This document shows, one piece after another, positions 9,752 through 19,757 of a stretch of 64,000 nucleotides of DNA. The stretch lies in contig MGDH01000022.1 in NCBI GenBank assembly GCA_001790855.1, positions 7,116-71,115 of the forward strand, in the 5' to 3' direction. Position 1 is the stretch's first letter. Each line of letters opens with the position of its first letter. The position numbers and the translations under genes are program-made. This stretch comes from Candidatus Schekmanbacteria bacterium RIFCSPLOWO2_02_FULL_38_14. Its GTDB lineage: Bacteria > Schekmanbacteria > GWA2-38-11. The notes beneath the pieces are model-generated. The model saw nothing but the letters and a program-made list of their open reading frames with translations. It was not told the origin of the DNA and made no database searches.

Positions 9752-10933
9752 TTAAAAATTCTGTTTTAACCTCTCTACTTTTTTAAGATATTCATAGAAC
9801 TTTTTAGCCTGTTTTTCCCAAGTAAATTCTTCCTCTACTAACTCTATCCCAGAATATCCTATTTCTTTTAGGTTTCCTCGCAGATTATAGGCTCTTAGAA
9901 TTCCATCCTTAATATCTAAAGGATTAGAAGAATCTATAAATATTCCACATTTCCTTTCTTTTATTATCTGAAGGTGAGCATCAATTTTGGTTAAAATTAC
10001 AGGCTTCCCCATAGCCAGATATTCCATAAGTTTTAAAGGGCTACTCATTCTCCACCAAAGAAGATCAGGTAAAGGCAAAAGGCCTACATCACACATACCT
10101 ATAAAGATTGGGACAATATCGTATTCTACAGGGTCATGAATTATTATATTATTTTCAAGCCCATTTTCTGCCACAAAACGTTTAAGTTCATTTTCCACAT
10201 TTCCTCTCCCGAGTATAAAGAAACATAATTCTGGTATTTCATCTCTTAAAAGTTCTACAGCCTTGACAGCATCAGCAATCCCCCTTGATATACTTATTCC
10301 ACCATGATACATAACAACAAATTTATCCATTAATTTAAATTTCTCTCTTAAGCTTTTTACAGATTTTGGATTGAAAAGCTTCAGAGAGACACCCGATGTC
10401 CATATCCCCATTCGTTCTTTTTCTATTCCATAATCCTTAGCAATTTTATCTCTGTAAAGTGGAGTAATAACCGTAAATCCATCAAATAAATATTTACATA
10501 AGTAAATTGATAATTTAAATCTTAAGATATGAATTTTATCCTGAATTCCAAATGTATCAACAGGAATACTTCTTATGTCTAATACAAACTTTGTTTTTAT
10601 AATCCTGAGTTTAGATAATATATTGAAAGGAAACGTTGTTAACACGCAGTAGTGGTCAAGAATAACGTAATTATAATCCTTAAATATTACTTTGAATAAA
10701 AGGTAGAAAAATAGTGAAAATTGAAATGAAATACTTGATAAAAAAAAATTTCTTGGATATGGAAGAAAAGATACGTCCAAGTTTTCAACAGAGAGCGATT
10801 TCTTGTTTTTTAATGCTGGAATGAGTAATTTTACTTTATTGCCAAGCTTTTTTAACTCAAAGGCCATTTCTTGCCAAGTGGCAATATCGAGATTTTCATT
10901 AAAGTCAGTTTGAGTTATCCAGATAATTCTCAT
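9752..10933 (-). CDS. Glycosyltransferase family 4 (GT-B fold)
   Basis: C-terminal half VVMYHGGISISRGIADAVKAVELL...FFILGRG...E...ENNIIIHDPVEYDIVPIFIGMCDVGLLPL matches the GT4 retaining-glycosyltransferase domain. Confidence 0.7.
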   Translation of the reverse strand: MRIIWITQTDFNENLDIATWQEMAFELKKLGNKVKLLIPALKNKKSLSVENLDVSFLPYPRNFFLSSISFQFSLFFYLLFKVIFKDYNYVILDHYCVLTTFPFNILSKLRIIKTKFVLDIRSIPVDTFGIQDKIHILRFKLSIYLCKYLFDGFTVITPLYRDKIAKDYGIEKERMGIWTSGVSLKLFNPKSVKSLREKFKLMDKFVVMYHGGISISRGIADAVKAVELLRDEIPELCFFILGRGNVENELKRFVAENGLENNIIIHDPVEYDIVPIFIGMCDVGLLPLPDLLWWRMSSPLKLMEYLAMGKPVILTKIDAHLQIIKERKCGIFIDSSNPLDIKDGILRAYNLRGNLKEIGYSGIELVEEEFTWEKQAKKFYEYLKKVERLKQNF

Positions 10934-11269
10934 GAAAACGAACTGTTATTATATTTCTTTTACTTTGTGTAAAATATTATGAAAAAGCAGAAATGATTGC
11001 TTTTTGAATTTTAATTGACTGAAATATAACTGATATAGGGTTATTAATCAACAAAAATGAATTAGTAATTAATACTTAGTTTATCATGAATTTTTTAAGT
11101 TTTCTAAAAAAATATTATAAATTAACTTTATTTTGATTATAAATTTTATATTTACAAAGCAATTTTAGATATGATTGAGAATAATAAAAGGATTTTAAAA
11201 GTAATTATGTGTTATTTTATAGATTTAAAAGAATTACAAATAAAAAATTAAATTAAAAAAGGAGGTTGT

Positions 11270-12160
11270 GTGAGAATTTTAGTAACTGGGGCGAGTGGAA
11301 TGTTGGGCAGCGATCTTTGCAAATTATTTTCTGAAAAATACGAAATATTGGCTACGGATCTTTCAAGTCGGATATCGCAAAAGTGGAATTGTGGTGCAAA
11401 AATTATGGAAATGGATGTAAGAGACTATGAAAAAATAAATTCTGCTTTTCAATTATTCAGGCCTGATTTTGCAATCCACTTAGCTGCAAAGACTGATGTT
11501 GATGGATGTGAAAGTGATGTTGATGGGGCTTATGGAACAAATACGATTGGAACAAAAAACATAGCGTTAGCGTGCAGGAAGTTTAATTCGGTTATGGTAT
11601 ATATTAGTACGGGAAGTGTTTTCGATGGTGAAAAAGAAGTTCCCTATACTGAGTTTGACATACCAAATCCTATGAGTATTTATTCTAAGTCTAAATACGA
11701 AGGTGAATTGATGGTTCAAAAACTTTTAAATAGATTTTTTATTTTTAGAGCAGGATGGATGTTTGGTGGAGGAAAGGAGGATAAGAAATTTGTTGCGAAG
11801 ATATTGGATTTGGCAATGGCAAGAGATGAACTAAAAGTGGTGAATGATAAATTTGGGTCTCCAACTTATACAAAAGATATTTCAAAAGGAATAATGACTA
11901 TGATAAATTCTGAAGTGTATGGGCTATATCATATGGTTAATCCTGGATATTGCTCAAGATACGAATGCGCAGAAAAAATATTAGAGTTTGCAAAAATTCA
12001 GAAATGCAGACTTATCCCTATCAATTCAGATGAATTTCCACTTCCAGCTAAAAGACCAAGAATGGAAGCTTTAAGAAACTACCATTTGGAACTTATTGGA
12101 ATGAATATCATGAGACCATGGAAAGAAGCACTCGAAGAATATATAAATGAGATAGCTTAA
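11270..12160 (+). CDS. NAD(P)-dependent reductase of the RmlD (dTDP-4-dehydrorhamnose reductase) family, GTG start
   Basis: N-terminus (V)RILVTGASGMLGSDL is a Rossmann motif. YSKSKYEGE supplies the catalytic YxxxK. Length of about 296 aa fits RmlD. RBS AAAGGAGG lies 6 nt upstream. Confidence 0.7.
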   Translation: MRILVTGASGMLGSDLCKLFSEKYEILATDLSSRISQKWNCGAKIMEMDVRDYEKINSAFQLFRPDFAIHLAAKTDVDGCESDVDGAYGTNTIGTKNIALACRKFNSVMVYISTGSVFDGEKEVPYTEFDIPNPMSIYSKSKYEGELMVQKLLNRFFIFRAGWMFGGGKEDKKFVAKILDLAMARDELKVVNDKFGSPTYTKDISKGIMTMINSEVYGLYHMVNPGYCSRYECAEKILEFAKIQKCRLIPINSDEFPLPAKRPRMEALRNYHLELIGMNIMRPWKEALEEYINEIA

Positions 12161-12187
12161 GGATTAACTAAAAATATTTAACTGCCT

Positions 12188-13324
12188 ATGAAGATTTCTA
12201 TTATAGGAATTAACGGAATTCCAGCTCAACACGGAGGATTCGAGACCTGTGTTGATAATACAAGCACAAGGTTGGCTGCAAAGGGTCATGAGCTGACAGT
12301 TTACTGCAAAAGAAGAAATATAAAATTAAAAGATAAGTTTTATAAGGGTGTGAGAGTTATAAAGCTCCCCTCCATTGGTAACAAGCATCTTGAAACCTTA
12401 AGCCATAGTTTTTTGTCTGTAATTCACCTTTTATTTAAAAAATGGGATATAATTCATATTTACGGTATAGGGAGTTCAATTTTTGCACCATTTCTGAAGA
12501 TGTTAGGTAAAAGGATTGTGGTTTCTGTTGATGCCCTTGATTGGGAAAGAAAAAAATGGGGAAAAGTCGCGAGATGGTATCTAAAAAAGTCGGCTTATTT
12601 TGCTATAAAATATTCTGATGAAATGATTGTGGATTCAAAAATAATTCAGAAATTTTACAAAGATAATTTTGCAAGAGATGCAGTATATATTCCATATGGA
12701 GCATTAGTAGGGCGGAAATGTGATGAAAAGGTTTTGAAGAAATTTAGTTTAATAAATGATAAATATCTACTTTTTGTTGGGAGATTAATTCCTGAAAAAG
12801 GAGTCCACCACTTAATTAATGCTTATAAAAAGTTAGATACCGAACTTGATCTTGTTATTGTTGGCGGAGATTGGTTTGCAACTGACTATATTGAGCATCT
12901 AAAAGATTTAGCCAGTGGAACAAAAACAAGATTCCTAGGGTTCGTTTACGGAGAAGATTATAACAACATTTGCAGTGGTGCATATGTTTATATCCAACCT
13001 TCTGAAGTTGATGGAACTTCTCCATCACTTCTTGCATCAATGGGATTTGGGAACTGTGTTATTGTAAATGGAATTCCAGAAAATTTAGAAACTATCGGAG
13101 ATGCAGGTTTAAGCTATAAAAATAATAATGTTGAAGATTTGAAGGAAAAAATAAAATATCTTATATTAAATCCAGAAAAAGTGAATGAGTACAGAAAAAA
13201 GGCTGAAGACAGAATCAGGCATTACTATGATTGGGACAGGGTTTCAAAAACGCTTGAAGAGGTTTATAGAAAAATAATCAATGGTGAAAAAGTAGTTCCT
13301 GATCTTTATGAGTTTGTCAATTAG
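12188..13324 (+). CDS. Glycosyltransferase (DUF1972-type N-terminus plus GT1 domain)
   Basis: N-terminus MKISIIGINGIPAQHGGFETCVDNTSTRLAAKGHELTVYC is characteristic of DUF1972 glycosyltransferases. C-terminus carries a GT-B motif with a conserved E. Confidence 0.65.
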   Translation: MKISIIGINGIPAQHGGFETCVDNTSTRLAAKGHELTVYCKRRNIKLKDKFYKGVRVIKLPSIGNKHLETLSHSFLSVIHLLFKKWDIIHIYGIGSSIFAPFLKMLGKRIVVSVDALDWERKKWGKVARWYLKKSAYFAIKYSDEMIVDSKIIQKFYKDNFARDAVYIPYGALVGRKCDEKVLKKFSLINDKYLLFVGRLIPEKGVHHLINAYKKLDTELDLVIVGGDWFATDYIEHLKDLASGTKTRFLGFVYGEDYNNICSGAYVYIQPSEVDGTSPSLLASMGFGNCVIVNGIPENLETIGDAGLSYKNNNVEDLKEKIKYLILNPEKVNEYRKKAEDRIRHYYDWDRVSKTLEEVYRKIINGEKVVPDLYEFVN

Positions 13325-13373
13325 TCTTGCAGTTAATTTATTTTATAGATAGAATTTCGAAATCAAGTAATCT

Positions 13374-14039
13374 TTATTGTTCGCAAGCCTTGCGAAGCAT
13401 TATAATTTTTTTGACAGGGTCATCACTGTTAAAAATTTCAGATCCAGCAATTAATATATCAGCTCCTGCCATGGCAATTTGTTTTGCATTATCATTTTTT
13501 ACTCCTCCATCTACAGCGAGCAAAATGCGGGAGTTTTTCTTTAATATAAGGTTTTTTAGCTCTTCTATTTTTTTTAATACATGAAAAATAAATTTTTGCC
13601 CGCCAAAGCCTGGATTTACTGACATAAGAAGGACTAAGTCAATATCAGGAAGTATGTATTTAAGGGTACTTATTGAGGTAGCAGGATTTAAAGCTATTCC
13701 TACTTTTGATTTAAAACTTTTTATAAGCTCGATTGTTCTATGAATGTGTTTACAGGTTTCCTGATGAATTGTAATAAATTCACTTCCTGCTTTTGCAAAT
13801 TGCTCGATATATCTATCTGGATTTTCTATCATCAAATGAACATCAAGTGGAAGTTTACTAATTTTTTTTAATGCAGTTATAATCATCGGACCAACAGTTA
13901 TGTTGGGGACAAAATGCCCATCCATGATATCTACATGAATTAAGTCAGCATATTGTTCAATCGGTTTTATTGCTTTTTCCAGATTGCTAAAATCTGCAGA
14001 TAGTATAGAAGGTGCAATTTTTATCATAGAAAGCTCCAT
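13374..14039 (-). CDS. rpe: Ribulose-phosphate 3-epimerase
   Basis: IAPSILSADFSNL...IHVDIMDGHFVPNIT...DVHLMIENP...SVNPGFGGQKFI are classic Rpe motifs. Confidence 0.85.
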   Translation of the reverse strand: MELSMIKIAPSILSADFSNLEKAIKPIEQYADLIHVDIMDGHFVPNITVGPMIITALKKISKLPLDVHLMIENPDRYIEQFAKAGSEFITIHQETCKHIHRTIELIKSFKSKVGIALNPATSISTLKYILPDIDLVLLMSVNPGFGGQKFIFHVLKKIEELKNLILKKNSRILLAVDGGVKNDNAKQIAMAGADILIAGSEIFNSDDPVKKIIMLRKACEQ

Positions 14040-15008
14040 TTAAAAATTTTGTTCTATTGTTTTTATCCCATCGATGAAAATTGTTATATAAGTTTTCCCA
14101 ATAACTTCAATTAAGAGATTAATAGGTTTTCCGGGTGTGACAATTTTGTTAAATAATTCTTTGCTTCCTTTTGCATTTTTAACAATAATTTTTACGTTTT
14201 TATTTTCACTACCATCAGGAACTTTATAGCTGAAAGGTCTAAAAGTTTTAAGAAGTTGTGGTTGAGTTCTAAATGATGTTTTATTTATTGTTAGCTTCAC
14301 AACTTGGCTGTAAGTTAAGGGATATCCAGGTTTTGGATCTTGATCAAAAACTGTATCCGGAGGCTGAGTAGGTGCTGATATTTTTTTTGGTTCTACTATG
14401 TTCACATTTAATTTGTTTAAAATTTTTAAAGCCTTTTCTTCCTTAACACTAATAAGATTAGGCATTAAGAAGTTATTTTCTTTTTTGCCAAGGCTTATTA
14501 AAATGTTTACAGAATCTCCAGGGCTTCCTTTTTCATCTGATTTTGGTTCCTGTGCTATGCAAGAACCTTCAGGGTATATATTTGAATGAACTTTTAAAAT
14601 ATCTCCTATCCTTAACTGCTTCTCTGTTAAAGATAATTCTATTTCTCTAAGTGATTGCCCCAAAAGATTTGGAATTAAGAGAATACGAGGTCCTTTGCTA
14701 ATTAGTATTTTAACCATTCTGCCTTTTTTTATTGTTTTACCAGGTTTGGGTTTTTGGAAAATTATATGGTATATTGGTATATTGTTATCATATCTTGTTC
14801 CTTCGACAATAGGATAAAGGTTATTTTGTCCAAGGGTTATAAGTGCTTGGTCTAGCGGTTTATTGGTAAGGTCTGGAATCGTGACATTTCCGCTTTTGAT
14901 AACAATATTCATTACCATTAAGCCACTTGTAAGCCCAGCAATAATGAAAGTTATTATGATAAGTGAATATTTTATTAGAGTTTTTATTAGCTTGTTTATC
15001 ATTCCCAT
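14040..15008 (-). CDS. PASTA-domain-containing membrane protein
   Basis: An N-terminal TM helix is followed by three repeats of about 70 aa: IPDLTNKPLDQALITL, IPNLLGQSLREIELSL and MPNLISVKEEKALKIL. These are typical PASTA repeats. Confidence 0.55.
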   Translation of the reverse strand: MGMINKLIKTLIKYSLIIITFIIAGLTSGLMVMNIVIKSGNVTIPDLTNKPLDQALITLGQNNLYPIVEGTRYDNNIPIYHIIFQKPKPGKTIKKGRMVKILISKGPRILLIPNLLGQSLREIELSLTEKQLRIGDILKVHSNIYPEGSCIAQEPKSDEKGSPGDSVNILISLGKKENNFLMPNLISVKEEKALKILNKLNVNIVEPKKISAPTQPPDTVFDQDPKPGYPLTYSQVVKLTINKTSFRTQPQLLKTFRPFSYKVPDGSENKNVKIIVKNAKGSKELFNKIVTPGKPINLLIEVIGKTYITIFIDGIKTIEQNF

Positions 15009-15194
15009 TCTATGTATTTGTTTTTAGCCATATAAACTTATCAGGAAGCTGAAATTCTGTCAATCTATAGACAGATATAGTTTTGTTTTCCATATTTCTT
15101 GACACCGGAACTGTTTGAAAGTATTGTTATTTGAATTTTGCTACTCTCTTTATTAGATAAAAAATATAAAATAATTAAAAGGATATTATTTTCT

Positions 15195-15644
15195 ATGAAT
15201 AATTTGATAATATTATTTACGACTGGATTTTATTCTGGGTATTTTCCTATCGCATCAGGAACTGCAGGTTCCTTTGTAGGTGTTGGTTTATATCTGTTAA
15301 TGGATAGATTTATATCAGTTCCTTACTATGCAGTAGTAACTCTTGTTGTTTTTATTTTGGGTATATTAGCTTCTTCAAAAGCTGAAGTTGTTTTTGCTAA
15401 AAAAGACAGCGGAAAAATAGTAATAGATGAAATTGTTGGTTTTATGGTTACAATGTTTGCAATTCCTTCGACCTTGAAATATGTTTTGGCTGGATTTTTT
15501 CTTTTCAGGGTTTTTGATATCATTAAACCCTTTCCGATTCGAAGGTTTGAAAAACTTGAAGGCGGGCTTGGTGTTATGTTGGATGATTTTATAGCAGGGA
15601 TTTATGTTAATTTAATATTGCATGGGTGGAAATATTTAGGATAA
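15195..15644 (+). CDS. pgpA: Phosphatidylglycerophosphatase A
   Basis: TGFYSGYFPIASGTAGSFVGV...DEIVGFMVT...FRVFDIIKPFPIRRFEKLEGGLGVMLDDFIAGIY is the PgpA signature. The internal Met at 15195 is chosen over the longer ORF that starts at 15138. Confidence 0.7.
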   Translation: MNNLIILFTTGFYSGYFPIASGTAGSFVGVGLYLLMDRFISVPYYAVVTLVVFILGILASSKAEVVFAKKDSGKIVIDEIVGFMVTMFAIPSTLKYVLAGFFLFRVFDIIKPFPIRRFEKLEGGLGVMLDDFIAGIYVNLILHGWKYLG

Positions 15645-15708
15645 TATAAAAAAGGGTAAAGAATATAAACAAACTTGAGATTAAGACAGTTAATTTCCTT
15701 AAGATGAA

Positions 15709-15882
15709 TCATTTCTTGTTTTTCAGAAAGACATCATCAAAAATAGATCTGCTAATAGCTTTTTCAGCAATAATTTCTCCTCTGATTTGGTATGTTCCTT
15801 TTTCGATGTCTTTTTTAAGAGCTTCTATTTTTTGGGACCTAATTTTTTGAATATCTTTTAAAATTTTCTTTGAATTTGCCAT
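15709..15882 (-). CDS. Small ORF (57 aa) resembling anti-sigma-28 factor FlgM C-terminal region, not on the supplied ORF track
   Basis: Hand translation of the minus strand gives MANSKKILKDIQKIRSQKIEALKKDIEKGTYQIRGEIIAEKAISRSIFDDVFLKNKK. The segment ALKKDIEKGTYQIRGEIIAEK resembles the FlgM consensus AIKAAIANGTYKVDAEKIADKL. The ORF lies in an otherwise empty 545-bp intergenic region. Confidence 0.3.
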   Translation of the reverse strand: MANSKKILKDIQKIRSQKIEALKKDIEKGTYQIRGEIIAEKAISRSIFDDVFLKNKK

Positions 15883-16189
15883 TTTCTAGGTTCCTTTAAA
15901 AAATTAATATTTCCTTTTAAAGCTTTCTATTTTGATAACTTCTTAATCAAGAAAATAAGTTTATTAGGAATCTATCGGTTAAACAGTATTTAGTTTAAGA
16001 CTTAATTCAGAATAGTAAATAATTTTAATACTAATATCTTGGGAAATAAAAAAGAATTTCAGTATCTGAAAAGCTCCAAAATAAAAAATGATTGTGATTT
16101 TTGATATTCTCATTTATTATTTAAGCAAATTACCTTGATTTATTATCAATATTTATTATGTAAACAATAAAAAATAAAGAAAATATAAT

Positions 16190-17131
16190 ATGAAGAGAGA
16201 AGAGCTTTCAATATTACCAAATAATAAACTGATATCTACCATAAAAAAGTTTAAAAAAAAACACAATGCAATAATTCTTGCTCACAATTATCAAAGAGAT
16301 GAGATTCAGGAAGTTGCTGATATCTGTGGTGATTCCCTCGGACTGTCAATTGAGGCTTCTAAAACAGATGCTGAAGTAATAGTTTTTTGTGGAGTACATT
16401 TTATGGCTGAAAGCGCTTCAATTTTATCTCCCCAAAAGACAGTTATATTGCCTAGAATTGATGCAGGATGTCCTCTGGCAGATATGGTTGACGTTCCAAG
16501 ATTAAAAAAGAAAAAGGAAGAACTTGAGAACATTCCTGTAGTCTGCTATGTGAATTCTTCAGCTGCAGTTAAGGCTGAAAGTGATATCTGCTGTACGTCT
16601 GCTAATGCTATTAAAGTTGTGAGTTCATTAAATGATGCTGATAAAGTTTTAATGATTCCAGATAGAAATTTGGCTTTTTATACATCAAAATTTACATCAA
16701 AAGAAATTATCCCTTGGGAAGGATTTTGTCCTACCCATCATTTGTTAAAGGTTGAGGATGTACAAAAAGCAAAAACTGAGCATCCTAATGCTCTTTTTAT
16801 TGCACACCCTGAATGCACTCCAGAAATACTTAAATATGCTGACCATGTTTGCAGCACCTCAGGAATGTATAGGTTTGCTAAGGAGACCAGTGAAAAGGAG
16901 CTTATCATAGGCACAGAGGAGGGAATTCTGTATCGCTTGAAAAAAGAGAACCCTGATAAAAAATTTTATCTTCCTGCAGAGCATGTGCTGTGCCCGAATA
17001 TGAAACTTACAAGGCTTGAGGATATTGCTGTAAGCCTTGAGACCTTAGAGCCTGTAGTTAAAGTTCCTGAGGAAATAAGAGTTAAAGCATACCAGGCTTT
17101 GAAGAGAATGATAGGAATACCCAGAGACTGA
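16190..17131 (+). CDS. nadA: Quinolinate synthase
   Basis: [25 protein letters not shown]...[13 protein letters not shown]...DAGCPLADM are NadA signature segments. Length is 313 aa. Confidence 0.85.
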   Translation: MKREELSILPNNKLISTIKKFKKKHNAIILAHNYQRDEIQEVADICGDSLGLSIEASKTDAEVIVFCGVHFMAESASILSPQKTVILPRIDAGCPLADMVDVPRLKKKKEELENIPVVCYVNSSAAVKAESDICCTSANAIKVVSSLNDADKVLMIPDRNLAFYTSKFTSKEIIPWEGFCPTHHLLKVEDVQKAKTEHPNALFIAHPECTPEILKYADHVCSTSGMYRFAKETSEKELIIGTEEGILYRLKKENPDKKFYLPAEHVLCPNMKLTRLEDIAVSLETLEPVVKVPEEIRVKAYQALKRMIGIPRD

Positions 17132-17165
17132 GGGAGAAGGTGGGAAGGTCACATCGTTCTAAATC

Positions 17166-18461
17166 TTACAGGTATTTTCTCTCCATTGCCTCTTTCTTCA
17201 GCAAATCTCTGAAATCAGGATGGGCAATAGAGATAAGGGCTTTTGCCCTTTCTCTCAGGCTTTTCCCGTGGAGATTTGCAGCTCCGTATTCTGTTACAAC
17301 CCAGTGGACATCCCCACGTGAGGTGACGACTGCAGTGCCGGTGTCAAACCTTGGGACAATGCGTGAAATCTTCCCGTTTTTGGCTGTAGAAGGTAGGGCA
17401 ATAATCGGTTTCCCGCCCTCTGAGCGGGCAGCGCCACGGATAAAGTCAACTTGGCCTCCTATCCCGCTGAATTGTTTTGTTCCAATCGTGTCAGCGCATA
17501 CTTGGCCCGTAATGTCTATCTGAATTGCAGAATTAATTGCTACCATTTTATTGTTCTGAGTTATTATGAAAGGGTCATTTGTATAATCTGAAGGATGAAG
17601 TTCTACAATAGGGTTGTTATCTACAAAGTCGTAAAGATTTTTACTTCCCATTAAAAAACTTGAAATTATTTTTCCAGGATGGAGAGTTTTCTTCTCATTA
17701 TTGATAACACTTTTTTCAACGAGTTCAATTATACCATCTGAGAACATTTCAGTATGGATCCCAAGATCTTTTTTGTTACCAAGAAATGAGAGTACAGCAT
17801 CAGGAATTCCTCCTATTCCCATTTGAAGGGTTGAACCATCCTCTATGAGGTCTGCTATATGGCTCCCAATTTTTCTATGTACCTCAGATGATTCACCCTT
17901 TAGCAGAGTGAGTATAGGTTCTGAGCTTTCAACAACTGCTGTAAGTTTTCTTACATGAATGAAACTATCTCCGAAAACACGCGGCATCTGATCATTGACT
18001 TCAGCAATGACAATTTTGGCATTTTCAGCAGCAGGTTTTATGATATCAACTGATATACCAAAAGAGCAGAAACCATGCTCATCAGGAGGAGAGACCTGTA
18101 TCAGCGCTACATCAACAGAAAGAGTTCCATTTTTAAACAGTTTTGGAATTTCCGAGAGAAATATTGGGGTAAAGTCAGCTCGTCCATCATTTACTGCATC
18201 TCTAGTATTAGTACCCACGAAAAAAGCATTATGCCTGAAAATTCCTTGATATTGTTTATGTGTATAATCTGCAATTCCTGTTGTCAGGAGACTTATAATC
18301 TCTACATTTCTTAGTTTTGGGGCTAAGCTGTTTAAAGCCTTTACCAAAACCTGAGGTTCAGCGCAACCAGAACCAATAATTATTCTATTCCCAGATTTTA
18401 TTAGCTCAACAGCTTTTTCAGGTGTTGTTACTTTGTTTCTGTAAATAGCTGGCCAGTCCAT
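17166..18461 (-). CDS. Acetyl-CoA hydrolase/transferase family protein (4-hydroxybutyrate- or succinyl-CoA:acetate CoA-transferase-like)
   Basis: Length of 431 aa. N-terminal GSGCAEPQ plus C-terminal ...GIGGQVDFIRGA...GKPIIALPST match the family signature. Confidence 0.7.
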   Translation of the reverse strand: MDWPAIYRNKVTTPEKAVELIKSGNRIIIGSGCAEPQVLVKALNSLAPKLRNVEIISLLTTGIADYTHKQYQGIFRHNAFFVGTNTRDAVNDGRADFTPIFLSEIPKLFKNGTLSVDVALIQVSPPDEHGFCSFGISVDIIKPAAENAKIVIAEVNDQMPRVFGDSFIHVRKLTAVVESSEPILTLLKGESSEVHRKIGSHIADLIEDGSTLQMGIGGIPDAVLSFLGNKKDLGIHTEMFSDGIIELVEKSVINNEKKTLHPGKIISSFLMGSKNLYDFVDNNPIVELHPSDYTNDPFIITQNNKMVAINSAIQIDITGQVCADTIGTKQFSGIGGQVDFIRGAARSEGGKPIIALPSTAKNGKISRIVPRFDTGTAVVTSRGDVHWVVTEYGAANLHGKSLRERAKALISIAHPDFRDLLKKEAMERKYL

Positions 18462-19573
18462 TAGAATAAACTCTCAATAGGGAAGTATTTTTTCTTGAAA
18501 AGTTCAGCTAATACTTTCATGGTTATTTTGCCTTTATGGGTATAAGCACCTGATGCTATATCCGGGATATATTTAAGAAAATCATCTCCAGAATTTGTAA
18601 GTTCAAGAATATATGGGAAAAGGACATGGCTTATAGACAGTGAAGATGAGTGAGCGACCAGAGATGTAATGTTTGGAACACAGTAATGAATAACACCTTT
18701 GTATTCATAAACCGGAGATTTTAATGTAGTTGGCCTGCTTGTTGCTATGCATCCTCCCTGATCAATAGAAAGATCTATAATAAGAGATTTCTTTTTCATT
18801 GAAGCCACCATTTCCTCAGAAACTACAATCGGGGCTTTGGCTCCTTTTATATAAATGGCACCAATGACAACATCAGATTCCTTTACCCATTCTGTAAGAC
18901 CATGAACACTTGAGAAACCAGTATGAACCCCCTTTCCATAATGTCTTTCAACCATTCTCAGCTTTTTGATGTCTCTATCAACAATAAGAACATTCGCTCC
19001 TAGAGCTGAAGCTGTTTCTGCCGCTGCTCTGCCAACAGAGCCAGCTCCTATTACAAGAATATTGGCTGGTTGAATTCCTGGTGCTCCGCCCAAAAGTATA
19101 CCCTTTCCTCCAAAATTACTCTGAAGATACTGTGTTGCAACATGGATGCTTAGACTCCCTGCAATTTCACTGGTAGCTGAAAGTATTGGTAACTCTCCGG
19201 AAGAATCAGATATGACCTCAAATCCAATAGCAGTAATTTTTCTGTTTAAAAGTTCAGCAAGATATTTTTCACTTGCAACTGCCAGATGAAGAAAACACAT
19301 CAGAATACTTCCTTTGTTCATTAAAGAGATGACTTCAAATGGCGGCGGTGTAACTGTTAGTATAAGTTTTCCTCTCTGATAGGCTTCTTCAGGGGAATAG
19401 ACAATTTTTGCACCTTTGTTTAAATAATCTTCATCACTGAAATCGCTAGCTGTTCCTGCACCTTTAAGAATATAGACATTGTGACCATTCTTTACGATTG
19501 TGCTTATTGCCCCAGGGGAGAGCGGAATTCTTAAGTCCTGCTCTTGAGGATTATAAACTATGCTAATATCCAT
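18461..19573 (-). CDS. ald: Alanine dehydrogenase
   Basis: AlaDH/PNT family. NAD-binding VIGAGSVGRAAAETASALGANVLIVDRD with flanking conserved blocks. Length is 370 aa. Confidence 0.75.
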   Translation of the reverse strand: MDISIVYNPQEQDLRIPLSPGAISTIVKNGHNVYILKGAGTASDFSDEDYLNKGAKIVYSPEEAYQRGKLILTVTPPPFEVISLMNKGSILMCFLHLAVASEKYLAELLNRKITAIGFEVISDSSGELPILSATSEIAGSLSIHVATQYLQSNFGGKGILLGGAPGIQPANILVIGAGSVGRAAAETASALGANVLIVDRDIKKLRMVERHYGKGVHTGFSSVHGLTEWVKESDVVIGAIYIKGAKAPIVVSEEMVASMKKKSLIIDLSIDQGGCIATSRPTTLKSPVYEYKGVIHYCVPNITSLVAHSSSLSISHVLFPYILELTNSGDDFLKYIPDIASGAYTHKGKITMKVLAELFKKKYFPIESLF

Positions 19574-19757
19574 ATTTTTAACTTAACTAAGGATAAAATT
19601 AAATTCTAATATTTCAAAAAATTTCAGAAATCAAATAGTTCTTAAAGCCAGAGGAAAAAGTTTAGACTAATTATTTGGGATTTTAATTTGTTTTAAACAT
19701 AGATGTCAAAATCTAATATCTATTTAGTTTGATACAACTTATTCGCAAATAAAGTTT

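Noticed and set aside
13327-13584. 85-aa plus-strand ORF
   Set aside because: It is entirely antisense to the C-terminal part of rpe and has low complexity.
17140-17523. 127-aa plus-strand ORF
   Set aside because: It is antisense to the acetyl-CoA hydrolase/transferase gene. The strong motif support is on the opposite strand.
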